Origin: Octopus vulgaris
Lineage: Eukaryota
DNA length: 64,000 bases
Direction of reading: 5' to 3'
NCBI GenBank assembly: GCA_951406725.2
Contig: OX597821.1
Coordinates: 24,118,001 to 24,182,000, forward strand
Numbering within the stretch: the stretch's first letter is position 1; every line of letters begins with the position of its first letter. Position numbers and translations under genes: made by a program. Below are positions 11,603 to 24,954 of this stretch, piece by piece. The notes beneath the pieces are model-generated. The model did no database searches. It saw only the letters and a list, made by a program, of their open reading frames with translations, and was not told where the DNA came from.

Positions 11603-14059
11603 TTAAGTAGGTGAATGAATTATCCTATGTTTATCGTCAGCATGGAAAATTCGTTGAACCGAAACCTGAGTAGCAAATTCACGTCAGAAACACGGTTGAA
11701 GCGACCTGTCAAGGGTAGAAACTCCGGGTTCATGTGTAGAAATTTGTGTGTTGTATATGAATAAATGAAAGAATGGAGTCGAACGAATTTTGTTAACATC
11801 TTCGTTCGACTCCATTCTTTCATTTATATATATATATATATATATGTATGTATATACACACACACAAAAGTGTGTACACTTGTATGACCATAAAGCAAAC
11901 CCGTCTACTTTTAGTCTTAATAAAACTAGGAACACTGATACCTTTGCCAGTTCTTGTAGTGTTTTTGTTATTCAAAGAGAGCAAAGGTAAAGAACAACAT
12001 ATTACATATACTTACTGGTCAAAACAATACGCTTGATATGCTGACTTTCATACGAGTGTTATCTATGAGTGGATAAACAAAGTTTTCTCTTTCGCTGTAA
12101 CAATAACAACCAACCAACCCAGCAACAAACAAATGTAGAAGAACGAAAGAATCTGATCGGAATTGGTTCAGGTGAAGTCGTGTGTGTTGGGAAGGGAAGC
12201 CACTCTTCAACGGTGTAGACTAATAAAATTCTCTTATGCAATAATGGCCACCACCTTTCTGCTAATTATTGATCCCACTATTTCTTCAAAAATCATTTGA
12301 TATTTCAGTAAACTTCGACAACCCTTTCAAACATCGTTACAGAGTTATTGAAACTATCTAAACACAAGTTCAGTATTTAACAGCCCTTTAAAACTTTACT
12401 GCATGTAATGTTTTACAATAGTTCTTACAAATTTTATTCAAACCTTACAGATGAAAATGTTGCGAACTTATACACACGGCTGATTTTTAAAATGATCGAG
12501 TTCTGATTGATTGCGGGGAGTGTGTGGATAAATAATGCAGAGATAAGTCACCAATCGATATCAATTTATCTCATCTACCCTTTCCATTGTTCTTCTCCAC
12601 AATGCTAGCACCCTTTTATTGATTATAGGAACATGTCCACGACCTCAAAATTATTTCATATTGTTTTATAAGCAGGATGTAGTTTTACTTACTGATTACG
12701 AAAATCGCATTTTTTCTAGAAATTAATTATGAAGAAGTTACAAGCTTTTAAAGTAATGTGATTTTAACCAATCACCAGCCTCGAATCAGATTAAAATTTG
12801 AAATACTCCAAGCAGTCAGAATCAATTCAACAAGGTCCTGTACTCCTATTCTATTCAATTACAGTCACCAAATTCAAACCACAAGATTAATCTGACAAAA
12901 CGAAATCATCGCGGGCGCTTTATTTATGAACGGTTTGTAATAAGACATGGTAAAAAGAGAGTTTATAAGTTGACTCTATAACAAATGCATGAATTAGGGG
13001 GAAAAAATGAATTAGAAAAATGGAGGAAACAAAGAACAAAATAAGTGTCTGATGATGTGATGAAACGTTGAACGAGAGCTTATTTACCGCTAACCAACGT
13101 GGCTCTTTCCCTTGAATAAACACCAATGGCTTTATCGAAAGAGGAGGCTTGCACGCATCGACTACTAATTGCTACCACAAGAAAAAACCCCCCAAAAAAC
13201 ATAGACCTGGGCATAGTTTTTTTGCGGCGAGGGATGATTAGTTGATTATGCATGCAAGCTTCCTCTCTTAAATGCCAATGGAAAGACCGCCGACTTGCGG
13301 TTGATACAGCAACAACCAGTGTTGTCGCAGGCGTTGCTTTCAGATTACAAAAAAAGTCAAGGTAGAACATGTGTCACAAGCTGCCCAACGCTATACAATT
13401 TCGGCAATTCACTGCTGTAGTTTGGTGCTTTTATCGACCCTGAAAGGAAAAAAGCAAATACTGAGCTCGGTGAGATTTGTAAAAACAACGCTAACTCGCC
13501 GTCTTCACCTGAAATAAGTTAAAAATAATACCTGTGACATTTCTTGCATGAATGCAAGGTATGCCATGTATGATTAACCCTCTGCCTATCCAAAACATTT
13601 TCATAATTTTGTCCTAAACGTTCATGTTTGTTTTCAGATTTTTAGTTAACCCTTGTTTCAGACGTTCTCAATAATATAATGCTTGCCTTTTATAAGTCCC
13701 AAGTGGTTGAAAGAATTGGGAATGAGTACCGTATATGATGCAGTGGCTCCAAGGAAATAAGTTCTGTGCGTTATATGCGATACAAAAGACAAGTAAATAG
13801 TTAAGATGAAGGCACACGTATGCCGAACGTATTCAATTATAGTTCTTGGTTTATAAAATTGCAAGCTCTGGCTTAATTAAAGGAGACACCCACTGAAAAT
13901 ACAGCCATGTCCAATGATTAACTAATTTATCTTTCCACTTCTGGAGAGTTATCAACTTGAAACCGTTCGGTAAAATTAATTGGCTGTTACGAAACTATAA
14001 CATTGTATAATTAAATAATAATAGTAATTATTAAAAAAAAAAAAAATAAGGAAAATGAT

Positions 14060-14400
14060 TCTAAATTTTAACACAAAGCCAGCAATTTTGTGGGCAGAGA
14101 TAAGTCGATTATATCGACCTCAGAACTCGACAGATGCTTAGTTTATTGGCCCTGAAAGGATAAGTCGACCTTGGCGGAATTTGAATTCAGAAGGTACAGA
14201 ACTGGAAGAACTACCGCCAATCATTTTTCGACGCATTAATAATTCTACCAGCTCACCGCCGTAATAATAATGATAATAATAATAATAATGGATTCAAATT
14301 TTTGGCACAAGGCCAGTAATTTTGGTGGGGAGGAGTAAGTCGATTACTTTGCCGCCAGTACTCAGCTTGTACTCATTTTATTGACCCCGAAAAGATGAAT
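14060..14400 (-). mobile_element. Two tandem antisense SINE copies (610-1320 family)
   Basis: Reverse complement of the ctggtagaatt..gaattcaaattccgccaaggtcgac..cctttc module, with (TAA)n tails on the + strand. Confidence 0.65.
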
Positions 14401-14789
14401 GTTGAATACTGTAAAGAGCGTCAGTATGATTGTATAAGTTTGTCATTCCTAAATGTTTAAGTTTCATAATGTATGTGAATGTTTGTGTGTTTTTATGATA
14501 GAAAAAATTTCCTGTGTCTGCAGTTGTTGAAAATTTTGCATCTGTCTTCCTTATGCTTGTTGAGATCCATTAAAATGGAATTCTTTTCAGAATTACATAG
14601 GCTGCAAGACCTTGTCCCTTTCATGTACGGTTTGCTTCATCAAGTAGATGACGAATTTAATTTTCTTGCAGTTTCCAAATATATATTGATTGTTTGATTC
14701 TGAAAGAAGGAAGAAGTATCACTAAATTCTATTGTTTCTAAGGCGCTACTCTGACCTGTGATCTACAACTTAAAAGGCTACTACTCGCG

Positions 14790-15130
14790 TCTGCCAAACA
14801 TCGGTCTGAAATCGTGAAACACTTGAACCTATAATTCAAAGAAAAGTTACAGAAAATTCGGCTATTCATTCTGACGAATGACTAACATACTCCAATCTAA
14901 ATCGTCTAAATTTCCGCCATTCTACTGTCAACCACCCAAGACATTATGTTGATCCAAACGCAATTGAAAACTTGGTTGGATTCGAAAATTAGAATCTTGA
15001 AAAATATGAGAGGAGTGAACCAAAGAATCGCTCAATCTTACCTCGATTATTTCTATTAGCTATAGATGAGGAAGAGTGCCGAACACCTCTTTCTTACGTT
15101 TTAGCAGATGTTCGCTCAATTCATCGATAA
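14790..15130 (+). pseudogene. Merlin (IS1016/ISXO2-like) transposase C-terminal fragment
   Basis: Translates as VTENSAIHSDE*LTYSNLNRLNFRHSTVNHPRHYVDP and, after a frameshift, WLDSKIRILKNMRGVNQRIAQSYLDYF. These match Merlin HSD, VNH and YLD motifs. Confidence 0.75.
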
Positions 15131-15324
15131 CATTATTCAAATTTGTATTTCATCTTTATTATCAAATTGCTATTCAAATTTATTATAAATTCTTGTGTAC
15201 ACATTTAGCATTGAAAATATATTTTTTTCAAAATTCTTACTATTTTAATAATAATAAAGCCATGTTTCATTCTTTGTAAATAATAACAAAAAGCAAAAAA
15301 TAATAATTAAAATAAGCGCGCAGA

Positions 15325-15590
15325 TCACACAAATTTGGCAGCCGTGTGTTTTGCAACGTAAAGTTGGCAAAATTTATCCGTTTTCCATTTTCTTCGAACT
15401 TTCTTTATCTCTCCACCACAACGATGACATGGTGCAGCATTTTCTTCATCATCTAAAAGGCCATTTCTTTGTGAAAATGCAACTGCTTTCGTTTCGTCGG
15501 TGATCACATTGTAAAAATCTTTAGACAACATCTTAAGCGCTTTTAGAAACTGAAAAGTGAGCTAAAAAGTAACCAAAAGTAATCGCCCTT
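15325..15590 (-). pseudogene. Probable Merlin-type transposase N-terminus (CxxC) and 5' end
   Basis: ORF MLSKDFYNVITDETKAVAFSQRNGLL...APCHRCGG resembles Merlin N-termini. Possible GG-starting terminus gggcgattacttttggttac near 15590. Confidence 0.5.
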
Positions 15591-15762
15591 TAAGATGCAG
15601 CACGGTTTCTACTATACTCATCGTGTACGGAGGAATTCCTAACGTAGATCCAGCGACGGTTGTGCAATTACCATGGCTGTCGCCAGGTAGCCATAGGCAG
15701 TTAACGTGCTTTGTCGGCATGCTACTAGGGACATACTCAACACGCAAATTTAAACTTTAAAC

Positions 15763-15828
<66 letters not shown>

Positions 15829-15911
15829 GGTCCCGGGTTGATTCGGGGTTAACCACAGTAAGTAAGGTACTCAATACATAGCAGAGTAAAATTAATTTAT
15901 TATATAGAAGG

Positions 15912-15962
15912 AGCTTCTACAGGACTAGTACTGTTTCATTCAAGAGAAATCTTCAGGAAGCT
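15912..15962 (-). ncRNA. Minimal type-I hammerhead ribozyme (CUGAAGA core)
   Basis: Exact reverse complement of 18030-18080. Confidence 0.7.
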
Positions 15963-17070
15963 ATTTAACAAGAATTGTATTAGCATTTATACATTTAGGC
16001 AGGTTTAAAGGAGTGGTGGTGGGGGACTTTTTTGGGGGTAGGCATAGCGCAAAATATCATACTTGGGGGAGTGGTCAAGGAGTCAGTGGTAAGTTAGATG
16101 AAAGAATAGATAAATAAAAAAATAAAATAATAAAATAAAAAAATAAAAAAATAAAATAAAAAAATAAAAAAAAATAAAATAAAAATTAAAAAATAAAAAA
16201 ATATAAAAATAAAAAATAAAATAATAATAAAAAAAAAAATAAAAAATAAAAAAAAAATAAAAAATATAAAAAAATAAGAAATATATATAAAAAATATATA
16301 CATATACAAATATACGCACATATACATATACAAATATACATATACAAATATACGCACACACATACATACATACACGTATACACATACACGCACATACACA
16401 TATACATGCGTACCCATACACGTGCACACACGCACGTGCATCCATATATATACACACACACACATATATATACACGTGTGCAAGCATACATACATACTCA
16501 TACACGCACACATACTTACATATACATATATGCACACACTTACACACATATATACATACACATATACATGCATACATACATATATGCATACATACACATA
16601 CACGCACATACACATATACATGCGTACCCATACACGTGCACACACGCACGCGCATCCATATATATATATATATAGGTATGTATCTGTATGTAGGAGTATA
16701 TGTGTGTGTGTGTATGTATATGTGTATATATATATATATATGTATATTTATTGGTGTATATGTATAGACTAGCCTCCTAAAGTGTAGACACGAATCTGTA
16801 GGTACGAGTACGTATGTGTATATACGTGAACGTATGTAGATGTTTGTATGTATGAATATAACGCGTGCGTACGTGTATGTGTATGAGTGTACGAATGGGT
16901 GAATGTACGTGCTAATGAGTGTGCGTGCGGGAATGAGTACTTGCCTTCTAGTAGACAGACAAATGGACATGCTGCCATAGCCAGGATCCTTAGCTCTAGC
17001 GATCAAAGATAACAAAAGTAATAAATGAAGATAATAATAAAATTAAAATTAGGGAATGGGCCTGTATTGG

Positions 17071-17119
<49 letters not shown>

Positions 17120-17218
17120 GTGTATGTGTAGGTATGTATAGGTACACATGTGTATGTGTATGTGTATGTATGTGTGTATATGTATGTATGTGCACACATG
17201 TATATATATGTATGCGTG

Positions 17219-17258
<40 letters not shown>

Positions 17259-17549
17259 TATGTGTATGTGGGTGTATGTATATATAGGTGTAAATATGTG
17301 TATATAGGGAACTAGGTGTGTTGTGTGTGCATGAGTGTATGTGCGTATGAATATATATTTTTCTGTGTATATATGTATGTGTGATCGTGGGTATATATAT
17401 ACATGTGTGTATGCGTGCATGCATGGGAGTGAGTGTATGTATATATACGTGTGTGTATGTGTAGACAGGTATATGCATGTGCATGTGTATAAATTTGTAT
17501 ATGTGGGCGGGTGTATGTATGTGTGTATGTAGATATGTATGTATATGTG

Positions 17550-17598
<49 letters not shown>

Positions 17599-18029
17599 GT
17601 GTATATATATGTGTGTAGATACGTATACATATGTGTATAGGTATAAGTGAGAATCTCCTTATTTACCTATAACTCTATCCCCCCTTTTTTTTTTTTTATA
17701 TATATATTTTTTTTATATATATATTTTTTATATATATTTCTTATTTTTATATTTTTTTATTTTTTTTATTTTTATTTTTTTATTTTTTTATTATTTTATT
17801 TTTTTATTTTTTAATTTTTTTATTTTTTATTTTTTATTTTTTTATATTTTTTTATTTTTTATTTTTTTATTTTTTTATTTATCTATTCTTTCATCTAACT
17901 TACCACTGACTCCTTGACCACTCCCCCAAGTATGATATTTTGCGCTATGCCTACCCCCAAAAAAGTCCCCCACCACCACTCCTTTAAACCTGCCTAAATG
18001 TATAAATGCTAATACAATTCTTGTTAAAT

Positions 18030-18080
18030 AGCTTCCTGAAGATTTCTCTTGAATGAAACAGTACTAGTCCTGTAGAAGCT
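18030..18080 (+). ncRNA. Minimal type-I hammerhead ribozyme (CUGAAGA core)
   Basis: agcttc-CTGAAGA-tttc tctt gaat-GAAA-cag tactagtc ctg-TA-gaagct. 6-bp stem I, 3-bp stem II with a U.U first pair, stem III cag/ctg, GUA cleavage triplet. Confidence 0.7.
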
Positions 18081-18095
18081 CCTTCTATATAATAA

Positions 18096-18147
<52 letters not shown>

Positions 18148-18647
18148 GTGTATGTGTGTGTAAGGATAGCTCAATAATAAACAAAGCACATAGAATAAAA
18201 CAAAAAGACAAATTAATACTGCAATAGTAAATCAGGGGAGAAAATCTCATTAAGATAAGAAACGCTGGGAGAGTTCAATAGATATATTAGGTCCATAAGG
18301 TGCACATGAATTCTATTTGTAGTGGTTAAGTGTGTATCAGCGTATGTTAAGGTGAACAAATGGGGTAGGCATGTGGATGCCTTTGAAGTAAACAAATAAA
18401 TGACATCGATTCATAGTTAAAATAATTTATTTGCTGTACTTGCACTTGCCTTTGGTATACAATATTCTTCACTACATGTAATTGTTGACAACTGCTACGA
18501 GTTGCTAGTAATAGAAACAGGGCACATCTGTGGAGGTGATATGTCAGAACTGAAAATGTTTGTGTGTGTGTGCGCGCGTCGTTCATCTGAGAAAGTAGTC
18601 TGCCATGAACCTTTCAACCTGCCTGCCAAAGCTTTTCTTGTCTGCGT

Positions 18648-18880
18648 CCGAGCTGGCAGAATCGTTAGCACGCTGAGCGAAATGCCTGGCAGTATTTCGT
18701 CTGCCGCTGCGTTCTGAGTTCAAATTCCGCCGAGGTCGACTTTACCTTTCATCCTTTCGAGGTCGATAAATTAAGTACCAGTTACGCACGGGGGTCGATG
18801 TAATCGACTTGATACCTATGTCTGTCCTTGTTTGTCCCCTCTATGTTTAGCCCCTTGTGGTTAATAAAGAAATAGGTATT
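18648..18880 (+). mobile_element. SINE with central cctttcatcctttcgaggtcgataaattaagtacc domain (Meta-domain-like)
   Basis: tRNA-like head (gagctggcagaatcgttagc..gagttcaaattcc). Same family as 49165-49390. Domain name assigned from memory. Confidence 0.75.
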
Positions 18881-19277
18881 TTATAACTGCTGTGGCAGCA
18901 AGAAGGACAGACATACTGCAGCAGGGATTGTGCCTAAATAGGTCATCTCCTGTCCATTTGAATGAACTTCGCTTGACATGGCTGAGGTCGTAGGTCAAAG
19001 TGAGATGATTTTATCATTTTTAGATTGGACAAAGAAAACCTTTTTTTGCGCCTGTTGATCGTGGTGGTTTGGACGACCGAAAAACCTTAGATTCGGTTTC
19101 AAATCTAAGCTTGGAGAAGGAAGTGTTAATTTTTACACATTATAAAGTTTAATTCGTGGTTTAGTTATAAACTGCGAGGAAACCCGTATCAAAGATCTCA
19201 GGGGAAGTAATTCAGTCATATTTACATTTCTGTTCTGAAAACTGAATTTTTTTATGCTGTGGACACACATATGCACG

Positions 19278-19331
<54 letters not shown>

Positions 19332-19576
19332 CACGCACGCACACACACAAACACGCACGCGCGCGCGCACACACACACACACACACACATACGCACACAC
19401 ACAAACACGCACACACATTGGGATGCATGTAGGTATGTACGGCATGCATACATAATACATACATATACAATACATACATAATGCAAACATGTATACATGC
19501 ATACGCTTACATACATATACATACACACACACTCACACACATACACACGCACGGGCGCAGACACACACACACAAAC

Positions 19577-19610
<34 letters not shown>

Positions 19611-21787
19611 TTAGTGTTGTCTGAAAGTAAGGTGGCGTTTGTTTTGTGTTTTTCAATGTTTATCAGTATTTTCAGAGTAGCAAATATTGGATCTTACTTT
19701 TGCATTCCTACAATATAATTAATTACCATATTCTTTAAACTCGGTCCTCAGCCAATATTGGATATTACTTTTACTTTTCTACCCTATAATTGGATGTTAC
19801 ACTTTTTGTATTTCGTAGAATTTCCCAGGGTTCTGCTGATACATAATTATTCGATAGTTATGAAATGAAGTCACTATTTACAGATGCTTACATTTTTAAA
19901 TATTTTCCGTGAAGTTTTCACGGGCGCAGCTAATAGAAAAGTATTTATCCAAATAAAAATTTCTTTTCTTAATAGGAAGATAAATATGACTGAATTACTT
20001 CCCTTCGTCTAATCAGACGATCTAAAATTTTGGTTTCCACATTTAATTATTAGAAACCCACACAAGGCGGAGAGCTGGCAGAATTGTTAGAACAGAGGTT
20101 TTCAACCGGGGTCCATATGACCACTGGGGTTCATACAAGCAAAATAGTAAATTGGGGTCCACAGTAGTATTTTAAGGGGCCATAAAAAATTTTTGGTTTA
20201 GATTTATTTATCGCAAGAAACAGCTAGGTTTCTTTCTCTCACATTTTACACAGTTCCACGTGTTTCTGGCTACTTAAAAACGTTCTCTCAGAGAGCGCTG
20301 TTGCAAACCTACACAAGTAGGAGTGGCTGTGTGGTAAGTAGCTTGCTTACGAACTGCAATGGTTCTGGGTTCAGTCCCACTACGTGGCACCTTGGGCAAG
20401 TACTTCAATTTTTATCAAAATCCACAGTAAGAGCTGCCATTATGTTAAATCTGCAGAAAAGAGATTTTTTTGCATATCTTCTAAGTATTGGTCCTACATC
20501 CCCCGTAAAGGTAGCAGCTGTACCCTTTCGCGATACCCTTAATACCTATTTCTTTACTACCCACAAGGGTCTAAACACAGAAGGGACAAACAAGGACAGA
20601 CATAGGTATTAAGTCGATTACATCGACCCCAGTGCGTAACTGGTACATAATTACTGAGGCTTTTTTTCAGCAAATTTTATTCAACAAAAGCAATAACAAT
20701 ATTTAACAAAAACGACGGTCTGACCGTCTGCCAAGCAAATGGTAAGCAGTAATTGAAGTAGATGGTGAATATGCTCCGGAATAATAATTTAAAGATGTTT
20801 TTGTTACATGTTATTGTTTTTGTTGAATAAAATATGTTGAAAAAAAAGCCGCAATAATTATGCAGCAACCCAATATTACTTGGTTAGAGAATATTATAAA
20901 AGTAAAAGGATTTTGTCTTTTTACTTATTTCGACTGTCCACCTGCGATTGTAATTAAATTGACAAGGAACACTGTATACGATGAATATCCAATACCAAAC
21001 AATCTTAATCTCCATATTTAATCTGCATTAAACATTGGAAAGCTTACCTTTACCTGTTCTGAGTTATTCGAAAGGTTATGTTCTCTTCTCTCTCTTCTAT
21101 TTGTTGATACCTTTATTTACCTACCAATTCGCTTTAAGGATACTTATTTACCTATCCATTATGATATTTCGAACGCGAAATCTTTCCACTGCAAACTGTT
21201 AAAAATTCAAAGTAGTATTCGTGAACTGAAGTCAAACTCTTCATGACTTCATTTTTCGCTACCTGAAGTTACTTTCAGGGTGGTCGATCACTGTGATCAC
21301 GTTGCAAATACATTCCTTTAACTCTACTTTTTCAAATAGGTATTGTATTGCCATTTTTGAAAGTACCACCCATACTTCTCCCCGAAAAAATAGCTCCCTT
21401 TGCTGTTGAATAAAAGAAACTCTCAGAGGGGAAGTTTCAACGTCTCCCTTCAATTTCCTTACACCATTTACGTGGCTGTTTTTGACAAGAAATTTCGCTT
21501 TCATGTAAAACAATTATATTTTGTAGTCATTATCCGCAATCTACTCCCAAAACATTTCAGTAACTATAAATTGTATCACTTGCAAACTTATGTTTTATGA
21601 TCATTAAAGTGCAACGACACCCACAATAACCAGCCTTCAATTTGATTTTTCGTTCCTAGGTTAATCGGAAACATAGATTGCCGTGCTACTCATAAACCTT
21701 CTCGGTAGTTCAATTATTTGGGGAAAAAATACCGCCAAAGCAACTTCAACCGTCCAAAGGACGGGTGTGTTTGCTAGTGTGTGTGTG

Positions 21788-21912
<125 letters not shown>

Positions 21913-21949
21913 ATGCATGTATGTATGTATGTATGTATATATGCATATG

Positions 21950-22041
<92 letters not shown>

Positions 22042-22186
22042 CTTAGAGTGTGGTTACGCCTTAAGGAAGGAGTTTAGAGACCTCTTTAGACAGTTCTTTA
22101 ATCATGCCTGACAATCTTGGGCAATTTGAGTTATATCCTGTTTTTTTTTTCGGACATTTTATCACTGTCTCTTTTTTCTCGCCACC

Positions 22187-22283
22187 GATCCAAACCGGAT
22201 CAAACCGGTCCAAACCGAACCAAACCGGTCCAAACCGGTTCAAACCGGATCAAACCGGACCAAACCGGTTGAAACCGGATCAT
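22187..22283. repeat. 10-bp tandem repeat (caaaccggtc-like), about 9 copies
   Basis: caaaccggat caaaccggtc caaaccgaac caaaccggtc caaaccggtt caaaccggat caaaccggac caaaccggtt gaaaccggat. Confidence 0.9.
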
Positions 22284-22754
22284 AGCGGCAGAGAAACGAG
22301 GAACATTTCAGTAGGAAGAGGAGTTAGGGAGTCAATTGATAGGTTGTATGATGAGGCCTGAACTTCCTGTAAGATTAACAAGCTAACAAGTCACAGCTAT
22401 ATTCTGAACCAAAATTGTCCTTTAATCAAAATAACACGTAAAATTTCCCCCTTAGAATTCTCCATTTGAATTCACCGGGTGTCCTTTGGATCGACTAAAC
22501 AATAATTTCAACCACCAGATTCGAAAGGAAGCACAAACTTGCTTTAAACCATAGAGAGGTGTTGTACAGGTGTTGACACGTGGAAGTATATGTTTATTTT
22601 CAACGAGCAGTAAAGGAATATATAATCGTTCTTTTTCGAGTTACACCTTGACAATGAGAACACAAATCATCCCGTCTGATAATACTCGAAATTTATACCT
22701 GCAACAAGACTTCCAGTCAGTAGTTATTTTGTTATTTATCATTATTTACTATTA

Positions 22755-23058
22755 AGGCGCGTGGCTTAAAGGTTAGGGCATACGGCTCATGATCGTAAGG
22801 TCGTGAGCTCAATTCCCAGTGACGCGTTGTCTTTGAGCAAGAAACTTCATTTCATATTGCTCCATTCCACTCAGTTGGCAAAAATGAGTAGTACCTGTAT
22901 TTCAAAGGGCCAGCCTTGTCACCTCCTCGAGGACTACGTTAAGGGTACATGTGTCTGTGGACTGCTCAGCCACATGCACGCTAATTTCACGAGCAACCTA
23001 TTCAATTGATCGGATCGATCAGCTGGAACCCTCGTCGTCGCAACCGACGGAGTGCCAT
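22755..23058 (+). mobile_element. tRNA-derived CORE-like SINE with the 3' tail of the 40496/53522 family
   Basis: Body ttgagcaagaaacttcatttc..ctccattccactcag..aaaaatgag resembles the 39964 SINE. Tail gtacctgtatttcaaagggcc..gacggagtgcca matches the 40496 SINE. Confidence 0.75.
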
Positions 23059-23257
23059 TATTTACTGTCACATTTGTTTTTTTACCACATCCACCCGTTG
23101 CTTGTTGTTATTACTTCCTCTGTATACTCATCATTTACATCCCAATTAACTTCAACGACTGTTGTAAGCAAAATACAACCAAACATTATATATATATTTT
23201 ATCTTTTACTTGTTTCAGTCATTAGACTGCGGCTATGCTGGGGCACCACCTTATGTA

Positions 23258-23329
<72 letters not shown>

Positions 23330-23330
<1 letters not shown>

Positions 23331-24800
23331 GGAGCATTAAAATCATTTTTACTTGAATTTCGATTTTTACAAAAAATATCTAATTTTCTATTATTGATTG
23401 AGGATGTAATTCTAAAAAGATTCATTGACAAGGAATGACCAACTCTTATAGATTTAGAATTAATAATTTCCCTATACTTATTATCCTTGTTTAAATGTTT
23501 ATGAATTAATCGATAAATGGATTTAATTATGTTACTTTTGATTTGACTTTCAAAGGGTATAAACCACAAATTATTGGTTTTATTTGGACAAATATAATCA
23601 ATATTAGATTTATCAGAATTTATGTAAGGAGTATATATATTTTTTATTAATATTTACGATTATAAGTATTATCATATATGTTATTAATGCTATTAATTTT
23701 CGTTTTATTAAATCAGGTTTCACGAGTTTAGAATCAACTTTAATATTTATTTTTACAATCTTTTTATTATTATTCATATTTTTAAAGCTCTGGCCATTTA
23801 TCGTAGGGTTTATATAATCATTTTTTATCTTTCTATCTATACTTTGTTTTCTTTATTTTATTATTATTTGCAGCTTCAGACCATTCATTATATGTTATAT
23901 TTGGGTTACTCTCTATTTTATCTTCGCTATTTTCATTAAGTATGTATTCATTGGGTCTATGATATTATATTTTATGCTTATATCCTGCTTTTTCAAGTGC
24001 ATTATTATAGAAATTAGCATTTTTATAGATCTCTTCATTATAGGAAAGATAAGTTAGTCTCTTTTCTATGTTTTTAATTAATGTTTTTTTAAATTGATTT
24101 TGGATTATTACTTAGATTATCAATATATCTTAGATTCGTGTTAGGCTTATGATACAGTTCATATCTACCAGTTGCAAGATTAAAGTTAATATTCAGAAAA
24201 TTGACCGAGTTATTTTGTTTTTCAATAGAGATTGAAACACCATAATTAAAAAAAATTATGCAATTTTTTCTTATATATTTTCAATTTCCTATTTGATTGG
24301 TTTTTAATTAGAAACAGCGCATCATCCCTGTATAATCCACCCGTAATTTCAGGAAATTCATTAAGTCATATAGAATGTATATACCTACTAGGTCTGTTAC
24401 CTGGGCGGAATCTGCGGACCCTATGGTTATGTCAAGTGAATTATAGGAAACCTTTGTAACCCAATATTTATTATGGAACTTAATTACTGATTTTCTGGCT
24501 GTGAAAATAACATTAATTTCTTTCATATATAAGTTAGTGAAATTTTTAGCGAAAATAAGAGAATTGATAGAGGAATAATAGTTGTCAATATCCACTTGCA
24601 AAAATTAAATTTATATTTCTTAACAATACTGTTGAACCAGCCTATTAGTTCTTGAGTATTTGCCCAAAGTTTTAATTTAATCTTTTTCTCAAGTATAGGT
24701 ATGTATTTATCTAAGATATTCTTACTTAATATATCTATGTCAGTTTTTCTGGGGCATATTAGTCTAACTTTAGAGTTAGTTTGGAAAATTTCTTTATAGT
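23330..24800 (-). pseudogene. Degenerate Penelope-like reverse transcriptase fragment (YRDD type), flanked by (TA)n
   Basis: Minus-strand motifs LWANTQELIGWFNSI, LQVDIDNYYSSI, DITIGSADSAQVTDLVGIYIL, GLYRDDAL, VNFLNINFNL..YHKPN..YIDNLSNNP and WFIPFESQIKSNI, with frameshifts. Confidence 0.8.
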
Positions 24801-24892
24801 TTTACAACGCGTATATATATATATATATATATACACATACACGTGGCTTCAGAGAACTGGCGTTACTAATTTGCATATTATAAGTACTTAGC

Positions 24893-24940
<48 letters not shown>

Positions 24941-24954
24941 TTCATACACATACA

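Larger units (their letters stand above)
15827..18096 (-). mobile_element. Non-autonomous Penelope-like element with inverted pseudo-LTRs, inserted in (TA)n
   Basis: 15897-16115 and 17877-18096 are essentially perfect reverse complements, extended by matching A-rich and T-rich tracts. Each arm holds a hammerhead motif. (TA)n on both flanks; interior is mostly microsatellite. Confidence 0.8.

Noticed and set aside
11630-13400. CpG-containing segments as a possible first exon or promoter of the ZNF gene
   Set aside because: Plausible location, but no unambiguous donor site or core promoter; needs transcript data.
16083-17630. Long ORFs rich in Y/I/H/T/C/V (also 19.1-19.6k, 21.7-22.1k, 54.7-56.1k and 63.5-64k)
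   Set aside because: Translations of stop-free microsatellites.
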